Positions 29,793-40,108 of a DNA stretch of 64,000 bases are shown here, one piece after another. The stretch lies in the IMG/VR virus record IMGVR_UViG_3300025313_000005. One strand, 5' to 3'. The notes under the pieces are model-generated. The model was not told where the DNA came from. It was given only the letters and a program-made list of their open reading frames with translations, and ran no database searches. The DNA is from an uncultured virus (IMG/VR IMGVR_UViG_3300025313_000005). Its lineage: Duplodnaviria > Heunggongvirae > Uroviricota > Caudoviricetes. Every line of letters begins with the position of its first letter. Position 1 is the first letter of the stretch. Position numbers and translations under genes: made by a program.

Positions 29793-31874
29793 ATGAGTAT
29801 AAGACGCATACAACTAGAAAGACTATCTAATAAAGTATTAACCAAACTTTTACAAGGAGGACATTTCCCTTCGGTACAAGCTTTCTTTGGCGGACTCATT
29901 AAGTCAATTGGCAATACTATTTTAGGTAGTCCATTAACTAAGTTCTTTAAAATAAAACGCAGGTCAGTTAGTAATCCTATTACGCTCAATTACTTCTTAT
30001 CTACGGTAGTTGAGGATATTAGTACTCTCTATGAAGAGGGAAAGAATCAAGTTAATGACATGCTCAAAGACTTTGATATTAAAACTACTTGGAGAGAACG
30101 CATACGATTACGTCTTCTAGGTATTAAAGAATCTATGGTTAAGATAATACAGCCACCTCCTCATGTCATACAGCGCTTAATACGAAGTGATGAATTTGTA
30201 GATACCAATAATACAGATGCTTTTGTTAACTTACCTGAAGGATGTATACAGCTTAACTACCATGACTCTCTTAGTAATAAGGTAGACTTACGAGGCTCTA
30301 ATATTACCGTAACTTATAGTAATAGTTCTGAGGCAGAGACCAAGTCACCTCTTGAAAATTTACTTGATGATAGTGAGAATACCACATGGCACAGTATAGT
30401 TACTACGGATCAGGATGTACTTATAGCAGAGGTACTAGTTGAATTACCCACTCCTCAAACAGTTACTAGGATAGAGCTACGTCCCCATTCAGTCGACACA
30501 ACAATCATAGGCGTAGTAGTTAATCAGGATAATATCCTAGCTAAGAGGCAAGTTGATATTAGTAGAACTATATCATGGGATATAGGACCCATACTTGTAT
30601 CGTCTATTACTATCCAGATGATAAAGAAGAAACCTGATATCACCATAGGCTCTTCTAAGAAGTTTCACTTTGGTCTTCAAAACATCAGTTTACTCTATCT
30701 TAAATACCTCCCAGAAGCACACATTTCAACCACAACACACAACTTTATCGAAGGTGATAAGGTAATACCCCTAGGTACGTTTAGATTACAAGCACAAGAA
30801 GAAAAACCTGGAGCGACAACAACACATTGGTCATATTCATTTAATAATAAAGACTGGATGGGATTGGATATCCAAGGTAAGAATCACGTAGCATTCTTAA
30901 AACCAGAGCTTACACAAAATATTACGCCTACCTCATGGGGTTTCTTTGATGCGAAGAATCGCATCCTTACTACTGCTGTAGATCTAAGTACGGGAGATAT
31001 AACTACTAATTTTAAGAATATAGACTACATAGGAGTCACTAGAGGTATAGATTATTGGAAGGTGGAATCATATCAATATGCTTTCTCTGAACGATTATCC
31101 ATACCCGACCAACCCCCTACCCTTACTGACTTTATAGATCTACGAGGTGGATTAAAGAATAGGCTCAATACCAAAGGCGATGTTCTTATTAGATATCAAC
31201 ATCGTAATGCCATAGACTTTCCTTACTACGAGAAGATCGTTGAGCAGGATGCATTATTATTCCCCACGGAACGCATACTACATAAATTTACAGCTATCAT
31301 AAATGTTAAGAAAGATATAGTACTTGCAGATCTATTAGCTCTTCAGCGCTTAGTATTCCCAGTTTCATTCCCTATATTTAAAGATATGTTTAGGACAAGT
31401 ATATATGTCAACGATAAAAAGATATCTATTAATACCCAAAATAGTAATAGTACAGCGTCTATATCTCTAAAGCTCAATCTTGGGCGTAATACAATTACTA
31501 TACTTACTAATGGATTTTATATACCTCAAGGTACTACTAAGCTTATAGAGACATCTACCTTAGATCCATATACATCTGATGGGCGTATTACATGGCAGGC
31601 AGAAGATGAATCATTAACAAAAGTAACTCTTTCTGAGCTATTCTTCCAAACAGCACGTAGTGATAATGGTAGGTTTGCTCTCGATGGAAATAACCTAGTA
31701 ATTAATCATTACCCAACAGTACCCCTCTTGGTGCGTTACGCCGAGCGTCCCAGCGGGACACCCGATACTATATACATCAGAGCTACCCTACAAGGAGATC
31801 CTAAGAATCCACACATAACCCCAAGAATATATGGTTACCAACTACTTATGGGTTACGAAAAGGAAATAATATAA
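29793..31874 (+). CDS. Virion protein, discoidin-like paralog 3
   Basis: NLLDDSENTTWH; FHFGLQNISL; TPRIYGYQLL. Confidence 0.55.
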   Translation: MSIRRIQLERLSNKVLTKLLQGGHFPSVQAFFGGLIKSIGNTILGSPLTKFFKIKRRSVSNPITLNYFLSTVVEDISTLYEEGKNQVNDMLKDFDIKTTWRERIRLRLLGIKESMVKIIQPPPHVIQRLIRSDEFVDTNNTDAFVNLPEGCIQLNYHDSLSNKVDLRGSNITVTYSNSSEAETKSPLENLLDDSENTTWHSIVTTDQDVLIAEVLVELPTPQTVTRIELRPHSVDTTIIGVVVNQDNILAKRQVDISRTISWDIGPILVSSITIQMIKKKPDITIGSSKKFHFGLQNISLLYLKYLPEAHISTTTHNFIEGDKVIPLGTFRLQAQEEKPGATTTHWSYSFNNKDWMGLDIQGKNHVAFLKPELTQNITPTSWGFFDAKNRILTTAVDLSTGDITTNFKNIDYIGVTRGIDYWKVESYQYAFSERLSIPDQPPTLTDFIDLRGGLKNRLNTKGDVLIRYQHRNAIDFPYYEKIVEQDALLFPTERILHKFTAIINVKKDIVLADLLALQRLVFPVSFPIFKDMFRTSIYVNDKKISINTQNSNSTASISLKLNLGRNTITILTNGFYIPQGTTKLIETSTLDPYTSDGRITWQAEDESLTKVTLSELFFQTARSDNGRFALDGNNLVINHYPTVPLLVRYAERPSGTPDTIYIRATLQGDPKNPHITPRIYGYQLLMGYEKEII

Positions 31875-31877
31875 TCT

Positions 31878-32198
31878 ATGTCTGAAACTATCATTTTAGA
31901 AAGTCCAGCTGGGTTCCTATGGGAACTGACTATTGATAATGATGGGGCATTGCTTACTGCTCAGATATTTCCATCGGTTGTATTGCCTAGGCCCCAGAAC
32001 TTTTATCGTAACCTTTCCTTTAGAGGAGCGATAAGTTCCTTTGATCTAAATCAGGAAATGTTAGGTACGATATGTGACCTTGAGCAGCTGGCTAATGTAG
32101 GGTTACAACCCACTGTAGTTACTAGAGACGATGAAAATTTTCGTAGATTAGATAGAATAGATAGTATGTTAAAACTTATGATAAGGGCGAGAGCTTAG
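31878..32198 (+). CDS. Small structural protein with SPxG-W-DNDG and FRGxxxS motifs
   Basis: SPAGFLWELTIDNDGALL is shared with ORFs 16758 and 54616; LSFRGAISS resembles LKFRGPSNS of ORF 32199. Confidence 0.55.
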   Translation: MSETIILESPAGFLWELTIDNDGALLTAQIFPSVVLPRPQNFYRNLSFRGAISSFDLNQEMLGTICDLEQLANVGLQPTVVTRDDENFRRLDRIDSMLKLMIRARA

Positions 32199-33353
32199 AT
32201 GTCACTTAAAAGTAAACAAACAACTCTGAAATTTCGTGGACCGTCTAATAGCCACATATTTAATACGTTTTTTAAGAATGCACACGACGATATGTTTGAG
32301 TTATTCAGAGAGATTATGGCCCAGAATGATGAGACATTAAAAGTTAATCGCATACTTACCAACGAGAATACTGCTCTTAAGCAGAAGATAGTGGAATTAG
32401 AAAGCAAAGTAATTAATCTTAATACTTTCTTTACTTCTCTAACTAACCCCGATGGTATCAAGTCACAGATTACAACATACTATGACAACACAATCACTTC
32501 CTATGGTGGATTTCCATCATATGATATGCTAATTCCACAAGACCAAGCTCAACACAATACCATATATGGACAGTTAATACCACATGTTCTTAGCTCATCT
32601 AGCAAACTATATCTTTACGATACCTTAGCTGATACTACGGTGTTCCCAGATGGAATCATATCTATTAGTGATACGGCTGGCTTAATACAACCTCAGGAAG
32701 ATCCTAAGCTTGCTATAGATGGCAATGACAGTACATACTGGGAACGTCAGGTACTATACTCTCCTACGTCAAATGTTGTTTCTGAACTAGCTGAAGTAAC
32801 TATCCTTCTTCCTCAGAGAATAATTAATACCTTAGATACCAATACAATTATCGTAGATCCATATCCAGAATTCTCTTTAGATATATTAAGCGTCAAGGTT
32901 ATTAGTGTTACTGGCATAGAGACAGAACTATTATCAGAACCTCTACTGAATGCTCCAAGGCAGCGTTTTGTATTTGATAGCACGCCAGCTATCCAAGTGC
33001 GTGTTATATTTCGTCAGCGGCACTTCGAACTTCTAGGAAGTCATAAGGTGTTTTCCTTAGGTGCCAGAAATATTAATGTGTTAAACAGTAGGTTTTCAGA
33101 TACTTCTAAGATACTAACTAATTTTACCTTATCAACCAATAATTACAAATCTATAGAAGCTATTTATCCTGAAGAGGTAGAGGGTATTACATACAATATC
33201 TACTATGTAGGTGCAGATAATGACATTCATCAAACAGGATTAATGTCATCTATACCCTTAGGTGTTAATAGTATATATATCGAAACCATATTAGAGGGTG
33301 TGAGTCACCCAGTATTACCATCATGTACCATAGACTATACTACGTGGGCATAA
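32199..33353 (+). CDS. Virion protein, discoidin-like paralog 4
   Basis: N-terminal coiled coil; LAIDGNDSTYWE; VRVIFRQ; FSLGARNI. Confidence 0.55.
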   Translation: MSLKSKQTTLKFRGPSNSHIFNTFFKNAHDDMFELFREIMAQNDETLKVNRILTNENTALKQKIVELESKVINLNTFFTSLTNPDGIKSQITTYYDNTITSYGGFPSYDMLIPQDQAQHNTIYGQLIPHVLSSSSKLYLYDTLADTTVFPDGIISISDTAGLIQPQEDPKLAIDGNDSTYWERQVLYSPTSNVVSELAEVTILLPQRIINTLDTNTIIVDPYPEFSLDILSVKVISVTGIETELLSEPLLNAPRQRFVFDSTPAIQVRVIFRQRHFELLGSHKVFSLGARNINVLNSRFSDTSKILTNFTLSTNNYKSIEAIYPEEVEGITYNIYYVGADNDIHQTGLMSSIPLGVNSIYIETILEGVSHPVLPSCTIDYTTWA

Positions 33354-33370
33354 AACTACGTGGGCGTAAA
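33339..33370 (+). repeat. 16-bp tandem direct repeat duplicating the 3' end of ORF 32199
   Basis: ACTACGTGGGCATAAA (33339-54) followed by ACTACGTGGGCGTAAA (33355-70), one mismatch. Confidence 0.9.
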
Positions 33371-33378
33371 GGAAGACC

Positions 33379-34182
33379 ATGGCAGAATTAAGAAGCTTTA
33401 ATGTACTACCAATAACTAGGTTGGTTCCTTCTTTTTGGAGAACAATAGTTGAATCTAACATTCAACGGTTTGGTGATGATATCTTAGATGAAGTACTTAA
33501 CCTAAATGGTGGAGTAATGGTGGGGAATATTATCTTCTATCCTCTTCAAACCTTTGATAGTTCAGCTATATTAATACCAGATCCTGTATATAATCATACG
33601 GGTATGTGGAATAGGCTTCCAGATCATATTAATGATGCATCTGTTCACCCACTTATAAATGATTTAGTTCTCTTACAAGACACATCACCTTCTGCTCAAG
33701 ACGGTAATATAAGCGTAGCTGGTTTTATAGAAGCAGGACTGGGATTTATAGGTATGGGGACGGGTTTATTTGGTATACCATCAAGTAGTGTGTTTGGACT
33801 AGATGCCCACCTAATGGCCTCATTTAATCCACATGGAGCAACTCTTACCCAAACAGAAATAGCTACTGACCTACTTGATGTTAATACATCTGCTTATATT
33901 GAGTTACTTGATGTGGGGACATCAGCTACAGGACAGTGGTATGAAGAAGTTATGGGTACTCCTAGAAAGTTACTCGCTACTATAGTTGGTTCAGACACTA
34001 CCCATATTGTACCAGGGGTACAAATATCAGTATACCATGGACTGGGTACTGTACCTACATTTATTACACTAACATCTAAAGATGGTGGCACAGTATATCT
34101 ATCAGCACCATCAGATCCAGCTTACTTTTATATCAAAGGATCTATTGCCTCATTACCATTTGATTGGAAGGTAGAAGTATAA
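33379..34182 (+). CDS. Fibre-like structural protein
   Basis: HLMASFNPHG and C-terminal VYHGLGTVPT...FDWKVEV, motifs typical of fibre shaft and tip domains. Confidence 0.5.
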   Translation: MAELRSFNVLPITRLVPSFWRTIVESNIQRFGDDILDEVLNLNGGVMVGNIIFYPLQTFDSSAILIPDPVYNHTGMWNRLPDHINDASVHPLINDLVLLQDTSPSAQDGNISVAGFIEAGLGFIGMGTGLFGIPSSSVFGLDAHLMASFNPHGATLTQTEIATDLLDVNTSAYIELLDVGTSATGQWYEEVMGTPRKLLATIVGSDTTHIVPGVQISVYHGLGTVPTFITLTSKDGGTVYLSAPSDPAYFYIKGSIASLPFDWKVEV

Positions 34183-34517
34183 TGGCACCTACAGACAATT
34201 TTGAAGAATTTGCAGCTAAGGTTGAAGCCCTAGAAGAAGATGTTAGAGATCTCAAAAAGGATATGCATGCTGAGATTCACGACATCAACCTAAAGGTTGA
34301 TCGTCTCGCAGAAGCACTAGCAACCATTACAGAGAAGCTAGTATCACGTCCAGAGATACGTACATTGGATACCAACATAAGCCATCGTATAGAAGCTGGT
34401 GAGAAACAAGTAGAGAAATTAGATGGTAGGATGTGGGCCCTTGTTATAGCTCTGTTCTTAAACTTCCTTTCAACAGGTGGTTACTTTCTTATTAACCTAC
34501 TTATGAAGGGGCGTTAA
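34182..34517 (+). CDS. Holin-like/XhlA-like membrane protein (coiled coil plus C-terminal TM)
   Basis: Start re-assigned to ATG 34182 (TAATG overlap). TM MWALVIALFLNFLSTGGYFLI. TAATG-coupled to the amidase. Confidence 0.55.
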   Translation: MAPTDNFEEFAAKVEALEEDVRDLKKDMHAEIHDINLKVDRLAEALATITEKLVSRPEIRTLDTNISHRIEAGEKQVEKLDGRMWALVIALFLNFLSTGGYFLINLLMKGR

Positions 34518-35008
34518 TGAGTGTATTGTATGGATGTATCCATCACACCGCATCGTCTGAGATGACACGCGAACAATTAAAATCCATAGAACTCAACAAC
34601 GGATTTAGCGACATACCATATCATTGGATAATACATCGCAATGGTATCGTAGAACTAGGTAGGCCAGAATCAGTTAAGAACGCAGCAAACTATGGACTTA
34701 ATGGTATTTCTGTGTCTGTAGCTCTTTTAGGCTACTTCCATGACGATTCCTTAGGCAAGAAGGTTAATATGCTTACGCCTACAGACGCTCAACTTAACTC
34801 ACTATATAAAGTCATAGAAGGTTGGACACAGAGATACTCAGGCATAACCATATGTCGCCACAGAGATGTTAAAGATATAGCCAACAAAGTACTTAAGTTA
34901 AGTATAGCAGAGTCTCAAATGGCTACAGCTTGCCCAGGTTCCTTCTTCCCTTCAGCCCAGGTTAAAACAATACTTACAACCAAGGGTATTAAGGTTTATT
35001 GGAAATAG
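34517..35008 (+). CDS. Endolysin, N-acetylmuramoyl-L-alanine amidase (Amidase_2, T7 lysozyme-like), no cell-wall-binding domain
   Basis: IHHTA, DIPYHWII..NG.VELGRP, PTDAQL, RHRDV, TACPG zinc-ligand motifs. Confidence 0.9.
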   Translation: MSVLYGCIHHTASSEMTREQLKSIELNNGFSDIPYHWIIHRNGIVELGRPESVKNAANYGLNGISVSVALLGYFHDDSLGKKVNMLTPTDAQLNSLYKVIEGWTQRYSGITICRHRDVKDIANKVLKLSIAESQMATACPGSFFPSAQVKTILTTKGIKVYWK

Positions 35009-35010
35009 GG

Positions 35011-35039
35011 TTGACTAACCACATCTCTCTTGTTATACT
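35011..35039 (+). promoter_or_regulatory. sigma70/sigmaA-type promoter with extended -10, driving the glycosyltransferase cassette
   Basis: TTGACT (35011-16), 17 bp spacer, TATACT (35034-39), TG at 35031-32; fills the intergenic gap. Confidence 0.8.
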
Positions 35040-35048
35040 AATAAGGAG

Positions 35049-36167
35049 ATGATAACTAAACCCTCTATGGTATTTTACAGTGGTGCCCAAGGTGGTTGCG
35101 ACTTCTATAGATGTCAGCAACCCTTTTCTATTATACGCAAATATCAACCTGATTGGACCAGTGCTAAGCTTAATCGCGTACATATAAGTAGTGATATGCA
35201 GCAATACAATATCACACATACCTATCGTAGTCATTTACCCATCATGCTCAAGGTATTTAAGCAAGCTAACACATTAGGTAAGATTACCATCTTTGACTTA
35301 GATGACGATGTATTTCATATGCCTTCTTGGAATCAAGCTTATATAGAGTATCGTCCTGGTATAGTTAAAGTGCAATTAACACCTGCGATGCAAGCACACT
35401 TTAAACGCCCTTACATAGAATATAATGTTCTAGACAATATCCATCAGTTAATTAATAAGTCTACGTTTGCTACGGCCAGTACGCCATATCTAGCCAGTGA
35501 GATGGCTAAGCATCGAGATGATGGTATGGTATATGTGGTGCCCAATTTTATAGATGTAGATAATCTCCCACACATACCCACTAAGACACCAAGAGACATT
35601 ATTAAATTGGGTTGGTCGGGTGGATATAACCACGAAGAAGATCTTAAGATAGCTCTACCTGCTGTAGAACAAATACTTCATCAATATCCAAATACCACCT
35701 TCACATTTATAGGTGCAGATTATAGAAGACTAATGAAGAACCCACCCAGCGACAGAGTATTTTATGTAAAAGGTAGCGCACTTGTGCCAGAATACTATCA
35801 GCTCCAAGCAGACGAGCAAATAGATATAGGAATCATACCTGTTACAGACGATCTAATTAATCTAAGTAAAAGTCCTATTAAGTGGATCGAGCATACTATG
35901 GCAGGTATGTCTACGATAGCTTCACCTATTGGATCGTACGCTGATAACATACAACACCAAAAAACAGGATGGCTAGTTAAAAAAAATAAGCATATAGAGT
36001 GGGTCAAGGGCATAGAGTATATGATAAATAACGTAGAAGAAGCACGAGCATACGTAAGTAATGCTCGGCAGGATATACTAAATAAACATACCATGAGTAA
36101 TGCAGCAGACATATTAATACCATTATTGGAGAAACATATATATGAAACTTTGTCTGTTACCTCCTAG
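35049..36167 (+). CDS. Glycosyltransferase, GT-B fold (GT4-like)
   Basis: GGCDFYRC; FDLDDD; VVPNFID; LGWSGG..H..DL; DIGIIP...KSPIKWIE. Confidence 0.85.
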   Translation: MITKPSMVFYSGAQGGCDFYRCQQPFSIIRKYQPDWTSAKLNRVHISSDMQQYNITHTYRSHLPIMLKVFKQANTLGKITIFDLDDDVFHMPSWNQAYIEYRPGIVKVQLTPAMQAHFKRPYIEYNVLDNIHQLINKSTFATASTPYLASEMAKHRDDGMVYVVPNFIDVDNLPHIPTKTPRDIIKLGWSGGYNHEEDLKIALPAVEQILHQYPNTTFTFIGADYRRLMKNPPSDRVFYVKGSALVPEYYQLQADEQIDIGIIPVTDDLINLSKSPIKWIEHTMAGMSTIASPIGSYADNIQHQKTGWLVKKNKHIEWVKGIEYMINNVEEARAYVSNARQDILNKHTMSNAADILIPLLEKHIYETLSVTS

Positions 36168-37017
36168 AACCATAGCTAGTGGTGGTGTATTGCGCCACCT
36201 AGATGCAATTAGAAGATATACTAAACACACAGTAGTGGATGCGCCTGCTGGCGCAGACATAGTACACGTACACGCTGGGTGGTCATCACTACGTAGAGAT
36301 ATTTATACGTGTCATGGGTTAAATATTATAACTAAAGACACACCCTATTACTTTGTACGTGAGAACCAAATAGTAGAACAAAACCTGCGAAATTCACCTA
36401 TTAATCTTACAGTATCTAATTGTTTTGCGTCAGCCCTTCAACAGAAGGGCTTCCGTATAGATTTTGTTATACCAAATGGCACTGACATTAATTACAACAT
36501 ACAACCAGTGTATGAACCTTTTGTACTTTGGTTGGGTAGACTAGACCCAATTAAGCGTCCAGAGGAGCTAATACATATAGCCAACGAAGTGCCAAATCTT
36601 AAGTTTGTGGCTACCCTACCACAGGTTTGTGAAAAGCAAGCCAAACATGGTAATGTAGCTTGCGTGGGTGAAAACATACCCTTTCCATTAGCTCAAGATT
36701 TACTTCGTAGATGTAGTGTTTATCTACTTACCTCTGAGCTTGAAACATTTAGCATTAGTATATTAGAGGCATGGGCTATGCATAAACCAGTTGTAGCTAG
36801 ACGTATGAGTGGGGCGCCAGCAGAGCTAATACGTGAAGGTATAGATGGTATGCTTTACGATAATATTAAAGATGCTATAACTCAAATAGATAAGTGTCTT
36901 AGTAAACCTAAGTACTATGGATATGCTGGTTTTGAACATGTTCAAGATTTTTTATGGAAAGATATAATAAAAATAGTTGACGAGGTATACGGTTTATGCA
37001 ATATAGCCCGCAAGTAA
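36142..37017 (+). CDS. Glycosyltransferase family 4
   Basis: SGGV..H; VIPNG; LGRLDPIKR; ETFSISILEAWA (E-X7-E motif). Confidence 0.9.
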   Translation: MKLCLLPPRTIASGGVLRHLDAIRRYTKHTVVDAPAGADIVHVHAGWSSLRRDIYTCHGLNIITKDTPYYFVRENQIVEQNLRNSPINLTVSNCFASALQQKGFRIDFVIPNGTDINYNIQPVYEPFVLWLGRLDPIKRPEELIHIANEVPNLKFVATLPQVCEKQAKHGNVACVGENIPFPLAQDLLRRCSVYLLTSELETFSISILEAWAMHKPVVARRMSGAPAELIREGIDGMLYDNIKDAITQIDKCLSKPKYYGYAGFEHVQDFLWKDIIKIVDEVYGLCNIARK

Positions 37018-37808
37018 GCATAATAGTAATGAATCACAATAGGGTACAATTACTTAAGAAGTGTATAGATAGCATATTGCAACATACCAATGATGTAGAC
37101 TACGAACTTATCATAGTAGATGCTTGTTCTACGGATAGTAGCCGACAGTTTTTATTACAACATTATTCCAACAACGCTACGCTTATCTTTGAAGACAAAC
37201 TACACTGCTATGCTACAAGTAATAATCGCGCAATAGGATTATCGCGAGGTAAGCACCTTGCTCTTATGAATAATGATTGTATGGCTACGCCAGGCTGGAT
37301 AAGTAATGGTATTAAAGCAATGCAGGAAGATGACAAGATAGGACACCTAGCTCACCTAGTACTGCGTGGTGACAGGTATTCTATTATGAGCCATGGTGCG
37401 AACCTAGTCGCTAATGGTGACACAAGAGTACCTTTATGTCAATCCAATCTAAGTAATCCTGCTTGGAAGCAAGCAGGTAACTATGCTTACGCTGGATTTG
37501 GAATATACCGAAGAGATTTATTTGATAAGATAGGCGGGATATGTGAAGAGTATGATAATCCTCCAAGCTATTTTCAGGATACACATTATGGATTAATGGT
37601 TAATATGCTAGGGTATGATGTTAGATATTGCCCAGAAAGTGTTATAATTCACTACATGGATCATACGGACAGAGAACATTTTAATGGTGCTCTAGTACAG
37701 GGTAAGGGACCATTCGTGAAGTACTGGAGTAAGTTCTTAGCAGAGAACGGAGGGTACGCTCCCTCATATCCCAAGCTACCTAACGAATCTAAACCATATA
37801 TGAGTTAA
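36996..37808 (+). CDS. Glycosyltransferase family 2
   Basis: VSIIVMNHNR; ELIIVDACSTDSS; LMNNDC; QD...G...GY.V.Y.P.S...H. Confidence 0.9.
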   Translation: MQYSPQVSIIVMNHNRVQLLKKCIDSILQHTNDVDYELIIVDACSTDSSRQFLLQHYSNNATLIFEDKLHCYATSNNRAIGLSRGKHLALMNNDCMATPGWISNGIKAMQEDDKIGHLAHLVLRGDRYSIMSHGANLVANGDTRVPLCQSNLSNPAWKQAGNYAYAGFGIYRRDLFDKIGGICEEYDNPPSYFQDTHYGLMVNMLGYDVRYCPESVIIHYMDHTDREHFNGALVQGKGPFVKYWSKFLAENGGYAPSYPKLPNESKPYMS

Positions 37809-37823
37809 GAGGAGACTACTAAT

Positions 37824-38063
37824 ATGATAGATAAGCAAGACAATACTAATTACACACATATTGGAGATTGCTCCGAAGAGTTACCTAAACCTATAGTAAT
37901 GAGTAATATTAAATTGACAGATAGCTATTATAATGACGTACAAATACTTGCAACAGAAGAACAAGTGAAGCGTATAGAAGCTAAGTTAGATGTCATCCTC
38001 AAGCTATTAACTGATGAGAACGGCAATCCAAAACATTCCTCTCGCTGGTGTTGGAAAGACTAA
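37824..38063 (+). CDS. Hypothetical protein
   Basis: GAGGAG RBS; 79 aa with a short coiled coil. Confidence 0.6.
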   Translation: MIDKQDNTNYTHIGDCSEELPKPIVMSNIKLTDSYYNDVQILATEEQVKRIEAKLDVILKLLTDENGNPKHSSRWCWKD

Positions 38064-38085
38064 ACCCTCTTGGTAGGTACTTATC

Positions 38086-39027
38086 TTGCGTGGTATTGTA
38101 GTAGTCGAATCTCTTTTAGAAGGCAACCTATTCCATAGTATATGGAAAGCGTTTAGCAAACAGGTAGGAGCTATACCTTTTCTTTTAACAGCCAAAGATC
38201 ATAGATTACAACAACACTTAATAGAAACAATCAACACATATAAGCCAGACTTTATAGTTGTACCCAATGGTCAATTTTTAGACAACAAAATACTAAAAGC
38301 TTATACAAATATAGTACGTATTAATTGGCAAATAGATGATCCTTACTTTATCCAGCAACAACGTTCTCAACAGATAGCTTCCAATTATCACCTAGTATAT
38401 ACAACGCACCTAGCCTCTACCTTTACATATAATCAAATGAATATTCAATCTAAATACCTTATGTTTGGAGTAGATCCTGAAGTCTATAAGCCACTACCCA
38501 ATACACCCAAAACAATTGATATATCATTTATTGGTACACCATATACGCAACGAGAAAGTATGTTGCGTTCAGCTAAATTAAGTAACCACCTATCTAAATA
38601 CAATTTTCAAATAATGGGTGGTTACGGAACCAAGTCTCCTACATGGACAGATAAACATAGATTAGATCCGATAGATGTAAACCAGGTTATTAATCGTACT
38701 AAGATTAATTTATCTTTTACTGATCAACCACATGGTATTGCGGCTATGAAGTGTAGATTATTTGAACTCACAGCTGCAGGTGGTTTTGTACTAACACAGT
38801 TCTGTCAAGAACTCTCTAGGTTCTTTGATCTAGGTAGGGAGATAGCTACTTTTCAAACAGCAGCTGACCTTATAGATCGTTTAAATTACTATATGCAGCA
38901 TCCAGATGAAGCACAGTCAATAGCTAACGCTGGATATAGAAGAACAATTAATTACCACACATATGATAAACGCATACAGATTATTCTAAGTGATATAGAA
39001 GGCATTTTATATAACATAAGGAAATAA
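38086..39027 (+). CDS. CgeB-like glycosyltransferase (Glyco_trans_1_2)
   Basis: WQIDDPY; GVDPEVYKP; DISFIG; RLFELTAAGGFVLT; IANAGYRR...HTY..R. Confidence 0.85.
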   Translation: MRGIVVVESLLEGNLFHSIWKAFSKQVGAIPFLLTAKDHRLQQHLIETINTYKPDFIVVPNGQFLDNKILKAYTNIVRINWQIDDPYFIQQQRSQQIASNYHLVYTTHLASTFTYNQMNIQSKYLMFGVDPEVYKPLPNTPKTIDISFIGTPYTQRESMLRSAKLSNHLSKYNFQIMGGYGTKSPTWTDKHRLDPIDVNQVINRTKINLSFTDQPHGIAAMKCRLFELTAAGGFVLTQFCQELSRFFDLGREIATFQTAADLIDRLNYYMQHPDEAQSIANAGYRRTINYHTYDKRIQIILSDIEGILYNIRK

Positions 39028-39039
39028 AGGAGGGTAAAT

Positions 39040-40107
39040 ATGATCGGTATTATTTCATATAGCGGAAATGGTAATCTAGGAGACAATCTATTACTCGATC
39101 AGGTTATTGCAGATTTTAAAGAGATAAATCCTATGTGTGAATTTGCAGCATGTTCTCCTTGCAGTGATGCTATCGTAAATAGATATGGTCTTAAACGAGT
39201 TACCTCACGAGACGAATTAGACGGCTCAGTTATTTTTGGTGGCGTAGTGGGTGACGCGCAGCGCAATATCCTTAAGAATTTTTTTGAAACATTTAGATAT
39301 ATGGAAGATCAGGGTAAGCCCGCTATCTTTTATGGTATAGGTGTTAATCCAATAACTACAGCTCTCAGTGCTGATATTATCTATGATGTTATACAAAATG
39401 CTACCTTAGTAACGGTGCGAGATCAGATGTCATATAGACGCCTTAGACAAATAGGAGTAACCAGAGATATAATTATAGCTCCTGACATAGTCCTTCAAAG
39501 ACAAATGAATCTTCATACTACCATCCAACCAGAGGGTATACTGTTTATTATGGCCGACTTCTTTGGATATGACAATACTAGGCATGAAGATTTTATACAT
39601 ACATTAGCCGCAACAGTTGACTATTTTGCTAAGAAGAAAACAAAAGTCAGTGTTATGTCTTTTCATGACTCACGCGATCAGAAATGCATACAAGCCATAC
39701 AGTTTAATTCTGTATACGCACATAGAGTTAATTGGTTAACGGTTAAAGAACATGATTATCAAAGGATGTTTAATATATTCGAAGAACATACCTGCATAGT
39801 ACCTATGCGATTACATGCTATGATATCAGCCATACTTGTTGGTAGACCATGCGTACCCATAGCCTACCACACAAAGATGGATGAGCTGGCTGAGATGGCC
39901 CTAATAGATTTCTATAGTATACCGTTTGGAGACGGAACATCAAGCGATCATACACGAATGCCTTTAGATCAAGAATTCCTATCAGAAAAAATAGAGAGAG
40001 TTATGTCAATTCCTTCATCACATGCATGTAAGGGATATGATAGAGTAAGGGAAGATAGTAAATTGCATTCCGTCTCACTTAGACAAGCTCTTCAAGGCAA
40101 GATATAA
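39040..40107 (+). CDS. Polysaccharide pyruvyl transferase family protein (CsaB/WcaK-like)
   Basis: YSGNGNLGD; YGIGVNP; VTVRDQMS; APDIV; MRLHAMI.A..GRP...YHTK; AGGAGG RBS. Confidence 0.88.
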   Translation: MIGIISYSGNGNLGDNLLLDQVIADFKEINPMCEFAACSPCSDAIVNRYGLKRVTSRDELDGSVIFGGVVGDAQRNILKNFFETFRYMEDQGKPAIFYGIGVNPITTALSADIIYDVIQNATLVTVRDQMSYRRLRQIGVTRDIIIAPDIVLQRQMNLHTTIQPEGILFIMADFFGYDNTRHEDFIHTLAATVDYFAKKKTKVSVMSFHDSRDQKCIQAIQFNSVYAHRVNWLTVKEHDYQRMFNIFEEHTCIVPMRLHAMISAILVGRPCVPIAYHTKMDELAEMALIDFYSIPFGDGTSSDHTRMPLDQEFLSEKIERVMSIPSSHACKGYDRVREDSKLHSVSLRQALQGKI

Positions 40108-40108
40108 T

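Noticed and set aside
32196..32201. In-frame TAG-ATG junction suggesting amber readthrough or TAG recoding
   Set aside because: TAG ends many clearly complete genes (amidase, protease, M23 hub), long ORFs are intact in code 11, and both ORFs have their own FRGxxxS motif. Local readthrough cannot be excluded but has no support.
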